Positions 16,398 through 24,186 of a stretch of DNA of 60,663 nucleotides are shown one piece after another. Below the pieces are notes generated by a model. It worked only from the letters and a program-made list of their open reading frames with translations. It was not told the origin of the DNA and ran no database searches. The stretch lies in contig JAUYAT010000008.1 of NCBI GenBank assembly GCA_030693295.1, positions 1-60,663 on the forward strand. The letters run 5' to 3'. How positions within the stretch are numbered: the stretch's first letter is position 1; each line of letters begins with the position of its first letter. A program made the translations under genes and the position numbers. Origin of the DNA: a bacterium (GTDB lineage: Bacteria > Patescibacteriota > Patescibacteriia > Patescibacteriales > VMTK01).

Positions 16398-16481
16398 TCC
16401 GCTTTCGTCCTGCCGCTTGTCCGCCGAAGCTCGGCGTAGGCGGGGACTCATCAGTCCCGATATACATCGGAAGAGCGGAGG
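16398..16481 (-). ncRNA. Hammerhead self-cleaving ribozyme, type III topology
   Basis: Minus-strand RNA: CCUCCGCUC^UUCCGAU-GUAU-AUCGGGA-CUGAUGA-GUCC..(extended helix II, GCCGA-GCU-UCGGC tip)..GGAC-GAA-AGCGGA. All core positions are present: C3 U4 G5 A6 U7 G8 A9, G12 A13 A14, A15.1:U16.1, C17. Helix I is 7 bp with a GUAU loop. Helix III pairs CCGCU with AGCGG (plus a U-A). Predicted cleavage lies between the complements of 16473 and 16472. Confidence 0.8.
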
Positions 16482-16736
16482 TTTTTCATGGAAAAACCTT
16501 AAACCGTTTTAATAAAGAACCAAACCCCGAAGGGTTGCAGGGCGCCTGACAGAGCTAAACATTATTTAGTTATCAAACGTTATTTTCTTTCCCCAACTTA
16601 CCTGCTGTAATTGAGGACGGATTTGCAGTCATTATATCCGCAACTTCGCATATCCTTTTTAGGACGATATGCTATCCTTGCCAATTCTTTTTCTTTCAAC
16701 ACATCATCAATTGGCGCCAGAGAGGATTTAAAATAA

Positions 16737-17165
16737 TCATAATTTTTTGCAAATCATTTTTAATCTTCTAACGGCAGGGGATAACGCCTCTGTCTGCTGA
16801 AGAATGACTGCCTTCCTTGCCTGAATCTCAACTAATGATCCAGACAAGGGAATATTCGCGACCAGGCCTGGGATTGCGGAAACAATCTCCCTCGCCGCGG
16901 ACAGATTATTCATCTGTCTGACTTCGGGAGATTTTTGGAAGAATGGTTTTAACGCATCCTCCCAAATTTTAATCCGTAGTTTTCTATCAATATCATCTCT
17001 CCAATAATCATGGAGGATAAACATCATGGCCTGCCTGGCATTCTCGTAATCTCCGCCGCAGGCAGGCAGCACATGTTTGCGGAAATAATTCTTAATAACC
17101 CGAGGCTTATCAATCCTCCCTATTTGCGACAATATGTCACTTGCTTTAATTCTTATTGGCTCCAT
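16737..17165 (-). CDS. Hypothetical protein, 142 aa
   Basis: Strong SD (AAGGAAGGAGGAAG) upstream. No motif recognised. The start is overlapped by a 23-codon mini-ORF (17146-17217). Confidence 0.5.
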   Translation of the reverse strand: MEPIRIKASDILSQIGRIDKPRVIKNYFRKHVLPACGGDYENARQAMMFILHDYWRDDIDRKLRIKIWEDALKPFFQKSPEVRQMNNLSAAREIVSAIPGLVANIPLSGSLVEIQARKAVILQQTEALSPAVRRLKMICKKL

Positions 17166-17421
17166 TTTTCTTCCTCCTTCCTTTTGTTTTTATTTTACTG
17201 ATAATTTTTTTACTCATTTTTTCCTCCTTATCTTTTTATTTAAACTGTCAAAAACAGTTTTATGTCAAAGAACAATATCTTACTGAAACCACTATATTAA
17301 ATAATGATCTCGGTGAGATGGGCAGAGTTATTTAAACCCTGCCCAAATAAATCTGAACTTTTTTTGGTGTTGTTTCCCCTTTATCCTAAGCACACCTTTA
17401 CTTAGGAGAGGATAAAAAGAT

Positions 17422-18312
17422 CTATTTCAGCACCGACCGGACATAGTCTAGATCGGCTTTGTCGCCGGTAAGTATCACCCGGAAAGGCGCGCCTGACCCG
17501 AGACCGAAAGTCTGAACTAAATTCAGATCCTTGCGATCGGTGGCTACCACGACGATCGGCTCGTTGTTTTGGGCCGAGGTTGTAGAAACTACGACGACAG
17601 GGGCTTTTTTATAGCCCCTTACCAGCAAGCTAGTTAAGTCAACCCCGCCTTGGCCTTCGGGCACATCCGTGTAAACAACGCCCGGGACCAATTCGGTCAG
17701 CCGGTCAAATGCGGTGTTGGTTGCTACTTCCAGCGCTGGATATATAGCCGCGCGCTTAGTGACGAGTAGTGATTCCACACCGGTTATCAGCTCCTCAATG
17801 AAAGCAGATTGCACTGCTTCAACTGCCTGCCTGTCGCCGTTCTGCAGGGCAACAAGCGCGACCTTAAATGCGGAGTTGTACCGCGTAGATAGCGCGATTG
17901 CCGCATATTCGGTTGGCCGGTCGCAAGCATTAGCCGCTGCGGCCCACTCGGCCGGAACGTCAAAGCCGTACTCGGCCATAAGTGTCGGGCAACTCGGCGC
18001 CGTCGGATCGTATATGAATCGATCGCCGAGAATTTCAGCAAGTGCCTCACCTCCGGCATGATGGTCAATCCACATGACGATGTATTCAGCGTTCCGTCGC
18101 GTCCAATCGAGCGTCGCCTGCGGATTCTTATTATCGACTGCTATGTCGACGATGACTGTCTGGCCGGCGAGATCCGGCAATTTGTGGAGCAAAAACGGTT
18201 GAGTCGTAATTAACTTCCCCTCCGCTCCTGCCTTCCTGCAAACCGCGGCGGCGATTGTTCCGTCGCCGTCGCCATGGGCGATGATAGTTGTTTCTGGTGC
18301 GAATTTTTTCAT
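17422..18312 (-). CDS. Divergent DHH-family phosphoesterase-like protein, GC-rich gene
   Basis: 296 aa with IIAHGDGDGTIAAAV (DHH motifs I/II), VIVDIAV and WIDHHAG (DHH). Visibly more GC-rich than its neighbours. SD AAAGGAGAG upstream. Confidence 0.55.
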   Translation of the reverse strand: MKKFAPETTIIAHGDGDGTIAAAVCRKAGAEGKLITTQPFLLHKLPDLAGQTVIVDIAVDNKNPQATLDWTRRNAEYIVMWIDHHAGGEALAEILGDRFIYDPTAPSCPTLMAEYGFDVPAEWAAAANACDRPTEYAAIALSTRYNSAFKVALVALQNGDRQAVEAVQSAFIEELITGVESLLVTKRAAIYPALEVATNTAFDRLTELVPGVVYTDVPEGQGGVDLTSLLVRGYKKAPVVVVSTTSAQNNEPIVVVATDRKDLNLVQTFGLGSGAPFRVILTGDKADLDYVRSVLK

Positions 18313-18549
18313 TTTTCTCTCCTTTTCTTCTTTTTTTTATTTTACCCAAAGGGCAATGAGCTAAATACCTAAAAAAGATATTCACCTTATTGCCCCTTGT
18401 CGTTTCAAAGAACATCCACTCAACAACCGGATAAAATAATGAAGAAGAATTTTAAATTTTTTGCTATTAACGAGCTTTACTTAATTACTTTATCTCATTA
18501 GCAAGATTTCCATCTCCTCCATTATTTTAGCCGCTTGTTTTAATAAATT

Positions 18550-18578
18550 ACTATATCACATACTTAAAAGTTTGTCAA
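18550..18578 (-). promoter_or_regulatory. Sigma70-type promoter for the three-gene minus-strand operon
   Basis: On the minus strand: TTGACA (18578-18573), 17 nt, TATAGT (18555-18550). About 230 nt upstream of the 18312 start. Confidence 0.6.
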
Positions 18579-18663
18579 GGTTTTTTGGAATAAAAGTAAT
18601 AATTTTTTCTTTGAAATTAGCCAAAAAATAATTTTCTTATTTCTAATATTTTCTCTTATCTTT

Positions 18664-18761
18664 ACCCCAGTTAAATAAAGCCGCTGATGAAGTTGGTGGT
18701 TAAAGATAAGTCGCAGTTGGTGGTCTAAAGCCACCAACAAGCGACACCTATTTAACGGGGT
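18664..18761. mobile_element. P2-related hairpin element (ACCCCAGTTAAATA...TATTTAACGGGGT)
   Basis: 12-bp terminal stem with one bulge. The interior hairpin is GTCGCAGTTGGTGG-tctaaag-CCACCAACAAGCGAC. Lies 42 nt upstream of tRNA-Val. Confidence 0.5.
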
Positions 18762-18802
18762 TTACTTTTCTAAAATATGTGCTAAATTATTAATATGCCT
18801 TG

Positions 18803-18879
<77 letters not shown>

Positions 18880-18889
18880 TTACCGCGTC

Positions 18890-18918
18890 TTGTCTAAATC
18901 CTATAATCATTCTATAAT
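18890..18918 (+). promoter_or_regulatory. Promoter upstream of hsp20
   Basis: TTGTCT, 17 nt, TATAAT. Confidence 0.5.
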
Positions 18919-18950
18919 AATAATTAGATAAATCTTCTAATGTTTTCGGT

Positions 18951-19400
18951 ATGAATAATTTATTTAAAAATCTTATCAAATCCAAAAAGAAAAATGTCGC
19001 GATTAACAATGAACTCGCGGCAGATGAAAACGACCTTGCCAAAGAGTGGCTGGACAGCGGCGATTATGAAGAAGGGCAATTGTCAATTGATGTCTATCAA
19101 ACCGACAAGGACATAATCGTTAAATCCACCATTGCCGGAGTAAAGCCGGAGGATATTGACATTTCTTTGAATAACGATATGCTTACTATCAGGGGCAAAA
19201 GGCAAATGCTGGAAGAAGTTGACGAAGATGATTATTTATACAGAGAATGCTACTGGGGCGCTTTTTCGCGCTCTATAATTTTACCCGTGGAAATCAGAGC
19301 TGATAAAATAGAGGCGGTTTTGGAAAACGGAGTTTTAACGGTTGTTCTGCCAAAAGCGAAAACAGCGAAGCGGACGGAAATTAAAGTTAAGGAGATTTAA
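18951..19400 (+). CDS. Hsp20/alpha-crystallin small heat-shock protein
   Basis: 149 aa: LSIDVYQTDKDIIVKSTIAGVKPEDIDISLNNDMLTIRGKR...GAFSRSIILPVEIRADKIEAVLENGVLTVVLPK. Confidence 0.85.
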   Translation: MNNLFKNLIKSKKKNVAINNELAADENDLAKEWLDSGDYEEGQLSIDVYQTDKDIIVKSTIAGVKPEDIDISLNNDMLTIRGKRQMLEEVDEDDYLYRECYWGAFSRSIILPVEIRADKIEAVLENGVLTVVLPKAKTAKRTEIKVKEI

Positions 19401-19419
19401 TTTGTTATCCTTTTTATTT

Positions 19420-19638
19420 ATGATCATCAAACTTGCCATTGACCGTTTTGAAGGCGATAAAGCTGTTTTAATCGCGGAAAGCGGCGAACAAATAATTTGG
19501 CCTAAAAATAAGCTGATGGAACAAGCCCGCGAGGGCATGGTTTTAAGTTTTAACATCCAAAACAGCGAAGAAGCCGAGAAAGATAAAAAAGAATTGGCGA
19601 AAAATATTTTAAATGAACTATTAAAAGCTGAAAACTAA
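19420..19638 (+). CDS. DUF3006-like small protein
   Basis: Likely start MIIKLAIDRFEGDKAVLIAESGEQIIWPKNKL at 19420. The ORF track extends it upstream to 19342, overlapping hsp20. Confidence 0.55.
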   Translation: MIIKLAIDRFEGDKAVLIAESGEQIIWPKNKLMEQAREGMVLSFNIQNSEEAEKDKKELAKNILNELLKAEN

Positions 19639-19653
19639 ATCACTTTTGTTTTT

Positions 19654-21519
19654 ATGCCTCTAACCAAATCACAAAGTTATATCCCCCGATGGTTGCTTAT
19701 TTTGGCAATCATTTTTTTTATTGTTGCCGCTTCAATTTGCTTGTCATATTTGCTTTTTGAAAAAACTTACCGGAATAAAATTTATCCGGGCGTATATCTT
19801 AACGGCATTGATTTAAGCGGCAAATCCCGGGAACAGGCGCAATATTTAATCAACCAAAAAGTTGACGCGATCCATCAAAAAGGCATAGTGTTTTATACCA
19901 ACAGCCATCGGGTAACTATTTTTCCCGTAATCGCTTCCGCCGGGATGGACCTGGCTTACAATATTATAGATTTTGACGTTGAAGCCGCGGTTGAACAGGC
20001 CTATCTGATCGGCAGGCAAGGCGATTTTTTAAAAAAATCGCGAGATAAAATCAGGGCCGTTTTATATAAAAAACCGATTGAGCCGCTTTGTACCGTTAAT
20101 GAAGACGAGATAAAAAAAATCATCGCGGAAAATTTTTCCCGATTTGAGATTCCGGCGCAAGACGCCAAATTAATAATCGGCCCGGACGGCAAATTTAAAA
20201 TAAAGGAAGAAACGTTTGGAAAAACAGCCGATTACGATAATGGCATCAAACGGTTAAAATCAAATTTAATTTTACTTGATAACGCGCCTATCCAATTATC
20301 CGCCAAAACGGATTACCCGCGGATTTATAAAAAAGACTGCCTCAACATAGAAGTTAAAGCCAACAAAATTTTAGAATTCGCGCCTCTTATTTTGAAATAT
20401 TCCGCATCGTCAAGCCCGGAAAAGAAATGGACGGTTGATAAAAATCTATTGGCTCTCTGGCTGGAATTAAAAGAGAGTTCCAAGCGCATAGGACAAACCG
20501 GCCAAGAAGATAAAATAACAATCGGCCTGAATTTAGAGGAAATAAAAAAATATTTGCAAGAATTAATCGCGCCTGAAATCAACCAAAAGCCGACTGACGC
20601 TAAATTTGAAATTAAAGACGGGCGCGTTATTGAGTTCCAGCAAAGCAAAGACGGCTTGGAATTAAACATTGAAGCGGCTTTGGCTAAAATTGAAAACGAA
20701 TTTATCCAAAATCAAAAAAATGAAATTGAATTGGCGGCCGTGGAGCTAAAAAGCGGGGTTCAAACGGAAAAAATAAACAATTTCGGCATTAAGGAAATTA
20801 TCGGCATCGGGCATTCAAGTTTCGCCGGTTCCCCAACTAATCGCCGCCATAACATTAAAACAGGGGCGCAAGCTCTGAATGGCGTCTTGATTAAGCCCGA
20901 CGAAGAATTTTCCTTGAATAACGCTCTTGGCAAAATTGACGCTTCAACCGGCTATCTGCCCGAATTGGTGATCAAAGGCAACAAAACAATACCTGAATAC
21001 GGCGGCGGGCTTTGCCAAATCGGCACCACCATGTTTCGCGGAGCGCTGGACAGCGGACTGCCTATTACAATGAGGCGCAACCATTCTTATCGGGTTTCAT
21101 ATTATGAGCCGGCCGGCACTGACGCGACTATTTACAACCCTTTGCCGGATCTGCGTTTTATCAACGACACCGGCAATTATATTTTAATCCAATCGCGTAT
21201 TGAAGGCGATAATTTATATTTTGATTTATGGGGCGCGAGTGACGGCCGCGTAGTGGAAAAAACCGAGCCGACTATCTATAACATAGTGAAACCGAGCCCG
21301 ACTAAATACATAGAAACGTTGGACCTGTCGCCGGGCGTTAAAAAATGCACGGAGCGCGCGCACAACGGAGCCGACGCTTATTTTGATTATAAAGTTACTT
21401 ACGCCGGCGGAGAAATAAAAGAAAAAAGGTTTGCTTCCCATTATATACCATGGAGAGAAGTTTGTCTGATCGGTGTGGAAAAGTTAACGGCCACTTCAAC
21501 CGAAGATACAAAAGAATAA
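19654..21519 (+). CDS. VanW-family protein with N-terminal TM
   Basis: 621 aa: GGGLCQIGTTMFRGALDSGLPITMRRNHSYRVSYYEPAGTDATIY. Confidence 0.8.
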   Translation: MPLTKSQSYIPRWLLILAIIFFIVAASICLSYLLFEKTYRNKIYPGVYLNGIDLSGKSREQAQYLINQKVDAIHQKGIVFYTNSHRVTIFPVIASAGMDLAYNIIDFDVEAAVEQAYLIGRQGDFLKKSRDKIRAVLYKKPIEPLCTVNEDEIKKIIAENFSRFEIPAQDAKLIIGPDGKFKIKEETFGKTADYDNGIKRLKSNLILLDNAPIQLSAKTDYPRIYKKDCLNIEVKANKILEFAPLILKYSASSSPEKKWTVDKNLLALWLELKESSKRIGQTGQEDKITIGLNLEEIKKYLQELIAPEINQKPTDAKFEIKDGRVIEFQQSKDGLELNIEAALAKIENEFIQNQKNEIELAAVELKSGVQTEKINNFGIKEIIGIGHSSFAGSPTNRRHNIKTGAQALNGVLIKPDEEFSLNNALGKIDASTGYLPELVIKGNKTIPEYGGGLCQIGTTMFRGALDSGLPITMRRNHSYRVSYYEPAGTDATIYNPLPDLRFINDTGNYILIQSRIEGDNLYFDLWGASDGRVVEKTEPTIYNIVKPSPTKYIETLDLSPGVKKCTERAHNGADAYFDYKVTYAGGEIKEKRFASHYIPWREVCLIGVEKLTATSTEDTKE

Positions 21520-21524
21520 AAAAA

Positions 21525-21644
21525 GACCGACTTGAGCGGGCAGGCAAGAAATTTCCACAAGGGACAATTTAGTATTTATAACACCAAGTTAAGTCCTTGC
21601 TTGAAATCCCCATGCTTGTCGTGCCTGGCCCGCTTAAATCGGCC
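21525..21644. other. Long imperfect palindrome between convergent genes
   Basis: GACCGACTTGAGCGGGCAGGCA... pairs with ...TGCCTGGCCCGCTTAAATCGGCC. The inner stem is CAAGGGAC/GTCCTTG. Confidence 0.5.
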
Positions 21645-21761
21645 TTTAAAATTTGCGCAATGTAATATTTTAGTTTAACATACCCAATTATATTTGTCAA
21701 GCATATCGCAAAAATTTAACTGCATTTTATTTAATATTAGCAAAAATTCTATAAACATTAC

Positions 21762-23099
21762 TTAAAACAGCGCTCGCTGTTTTTCTTTCCCCTTTTCCTT
21801 CTCGCTAAAAATCTTAACCGCGCCGTATTGGCCGTCAAAGCCGGGTTCAATGATTAATTCGCCTTGGCGCGCCCGCCTGATTCCTTCGGCAACCGCCGGC
21901 AAAGCGATTTGTTTTATTTTTTCCAGCGGCTCGTCTATTAAAATCTTTAATTCGGGCCCGAGCCGCTTTATTATATTATTGTACTCGCTCTGCACGGCCC
22001 GCGAATTGCGGGATTTGACGCCAAACGCCTCGGCAATGATTTTATCAAGCTCAACCAATTTAACAAATTTAGCTTGTCCGGTTGGCGGATTTAAGCCCGC
22101 CGGCTTGCCCGCCGACTCGGCCTTCGTAGCCGAAGCTACTTCGGCGAAGGAGGCAGCGAAAGCGTTGGCGGGCCTGTCAGCCAGCTCTTCAACCCGATTC
22201 ACTACGCCGATTGTAAGCGGCTTTTTGCAAACAGGGCAAACGCCCTTGTGTTTCTTGGTTTGTTCGGGAGAAAAACGCGCCCCGCATAAGCGATGGCCAT
22301 CGTAATGGTACATTCCTTCTTCAGGATAAAATTCTATCGTGTATTTTATCTTGCCCGTATCTTTTTGCTTGATCGCGTTATAAATTTCATCGTAACTGAT
22401 TTCATTTAACTCAAAAACATTGGCTTCCCGGCCGATATTGGGCAGGCTGTGCGCGTCTGAATTGGATAGCAAAGTTAAATTATCCAAGGCGGACAGCCGC
22501 CAATTCATTTCCGGATCGGAAGACAGACCTGTTTCATAGGCGTAAATGTCTTTTGCATGATTTCCAAAACATTCTTCCATTGAATTAAAACCTGACTTTG
22601 AGCCGAATACGGAAAACCACGGCGTCCAAATATGGGCCGGATAAATCATAAATTTCGGATGAATGGCAAGGCATAATTTTACCAAATCAGGCGAGCTCAT
22701 TCCCAAAATAGGCCGGCCGTCGGAGCGGATATTGAATTTCTTGTCCAAAAAATCATTTAACTCTTCCGCCGCTTTTATATTCGGCGCGTGGACAACCAAA
22801 TGAATTCGCCTCGCTTTATCTCCCTGCTTATAAATCAAGGCCAATTCCGTTGATAATATAAATTTTATTTTATTATCTTTGGCGGATTTTAATTTATATA
22901 ATCCTAAACCGCTTGTTTCTTCCAATTCATTTTTAATATCAGAAAACCACTGCGGATAAGTAAAATCCCCGGTAGCTATAATATCCACGCCCTTAATCCG
23001 GCAAGTTTTATCAATATTTTCCAATGTCAACGCTCCCGAACAGGCGCGGGAATATTTGGAATGGATATGAAAATCAGCGATTTGGCGCATATTATTCAT
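21762..23099 (-). CDS. PHP-domain endonuclease Q-like protein
   Basis: 445 aa with N-terminal ADFHIHSKYSRACS (PHP) and a Zn-finger-like GVCPVCKKPLTIGV. Carries a repeat-derived insert, AFAASFAEVASATKAESAGKPAGLNPP. Confidence 0.6.
   Translation of the reverse strand: MNNMRQIADFHIHSKYSRACSGALTLENIDKTCRIKGVDIIATGDFTYPQWFSDIKNELEETSGLGLYKLKSAKDNKIKFILSTELALIYKQGDKARRIHLVVHAPNIKAAEELNDFLDKKFNIRSDGRPILGMSSPDLVKLCLAIHPKFMIYPAHIWTPWFSVFGSKSGFNSMEECFGNHAKDIYAYETGLSSDPEMNWRLSALDNLTLLSNSDAHSLPNIGREANVFELNEISYDEIYNAIKQKDTGKIKYTIEFYPEEGMYHYDGHRLCGARFSPEQTKKHKGVCPVCKKPLTIGVVNRVEELADRPANAFAASFAEVASATKAESAGKPAGLNPPTGQAKFVKLVELDKIIAEAFGVKSRNSRAVQSEYNNIIKRLGPELKILIDEPLEKIKQIALPAVAEGIRRARQGELIIEPGFDGQYGAVKIFSEKEKGKEKQRALF
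22084..22173. repeat. GC-rich nested-hairpin insertion inside the endoQ-like gene
   Basis: GGCGGATTTAAGCCCGCCGGCTTGCCCGCCGACTCGGCCTTCGTAGCCGAAGCTACTTCGGCGAAGGAGGCAGCGAAAGCGTTGGCGGGCC. Related to 11815-11842. Confidence 0.7.
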
Positions 23100-24057
23100 T
23101 GATTAAATTATTAATTAAATCCGCCAATTTTTTGCCGTCATGCCTGGCGATATCGCCGGCGGCAGAAAGCAAATCCGCTTTAATTATTGACCTGCCTTCC
23201 CAGAAATTATCTTCATTAAATTCAACCAAACGGGCTTTCTGGCTTTCATATTGCTTTAAAATTTCTTCTTCCGGCTTAGCTGAATTAAAAACAGCCGTAT
23301 CAACTTTTCTGCCGATAAATTGTTCAAGCTTTAATATAAAATCCTTGCCGGTAAAATTATCCGTTTCTCCGAATTTAGTCATAATGTTAACATTATAAAT
23401 CAGTTTTGCCTTTGTCCCGGCGATCGCTTCCTTGACGCCTGATACTAAAAAATTCGGGGTAATACTGGTATACAGATCGCCCGGGCCGATAATAATATAA
23501 TCGGCTTCTTCTATGGCATTAATCACCGGGGGATGGACATTTGTTGAACTGCTATGATGAGGTATTAAGAAAGTTCTTTTGATTTTTTCCCTTTGGTCGC
23601 CTCTCGGTATGTCAATGGCGGCCTCGCCGTAAAGAAAAGAGCCGTCGGTAAGCTCCGCCGCCAAAGTCGCCTTATCGGTTGTCACCGGCAATACGGCTCC
23701 TTTTATGTCCAGCGCCTCGCCCAAGGCCTTCACCCCGTCCGGAAAATTGCCCGCGTATTGGGATAATATGGTTAACAGCATATTTCCCGCGTTGTGGCCC
23801 TTTAATCTGCTTTCGCCGTTAAATCTTTTATGCAAAATATTCCGCGCCGCTTCACGATTGGGAGATAACGCCAAAACGCATTTTAAAATGTCGCCGGGCG
23901 GCAAAACGCCGTATTCATCGCGCAGCCGTCCCGTGCTGCCGCCGCTGTCCACCATGGATACAACAGCGGTAATACCGATATTTTCCAAATCGCGCAAGCC
24001 GGAAAGCAGGACATATTGTCCGCTGCCGCCGCCGATGGTTACGATTTTTTTATACAT
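23092..24057 (-). CDS. YvcK/CofD-like (UPF0052) protein
   Basis: Likely start MYKKIVTIGGGSGQYVLLSGL at 24057. Also contains VSMVDSGGSTGRLRDEYGVLPPGD. Confidence 0.75.
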   Translation of the reverse strand: MYKKIVTIGGGSGQYVLLSGLRDLENIGITAVVSMVDSGGSTGRLRDEYGVLPPGDILKCVLALSPNREAARNILHKRFNGESRLKGHNAGNMLLTILSQYAGNFPDGVKALGEALDIKGAVLPVTTDKATLAAELTDGSFLYGEAAIDIPRGDQREKIKRTFLIPHHSSSTNVHPPVINAIEEADYIIIGPGDLYTSITPNFLVSGVKEAIAGTKAKLIYNVNIMTKFGETDNFTGKDFILKLEQFIGRKVDTAVFNSAKPEEEILKQYESQKARLVEFNEDNFWEGRSIIKADLLSAAGDIARHDGKKLADLINNLINE

Positions 24058-24186
24058 AATTGCAATTAATATAAACCAAAAATTAAATACCAAAAATTAA
24101 ATACAAATACTGAAAAATTCAAAATTTTTTATATTTTTTATATTTATTTTTGGTATTTGGTATTTGATTTTTTATTTTTTTGCATT

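Noticed and set aside
16560-16736. Possible 34-codon GTG-initiated ORF (MLKEKELARIAYRPKKDMRSCGYNDCKSVLNYSR) between the 142-aa gene and the hammerhead
   Set aside because: It has no Shine-Dalgarno, unlike the strong GGAGG sites of the neighbouring genes, and uses a non-ATG start. It is too short to evaluate and is left unannotated.
18683-18689. A second CUGAUGA box (plus strand) that might indicate another hammerhead
   Set aside because: The helix that follows it (AGUUGGUGG...CCACCAAC) is followed by AAGCGAC rather than GAAA. No helix III or cleavage-site pairing can be drawn on either strand.
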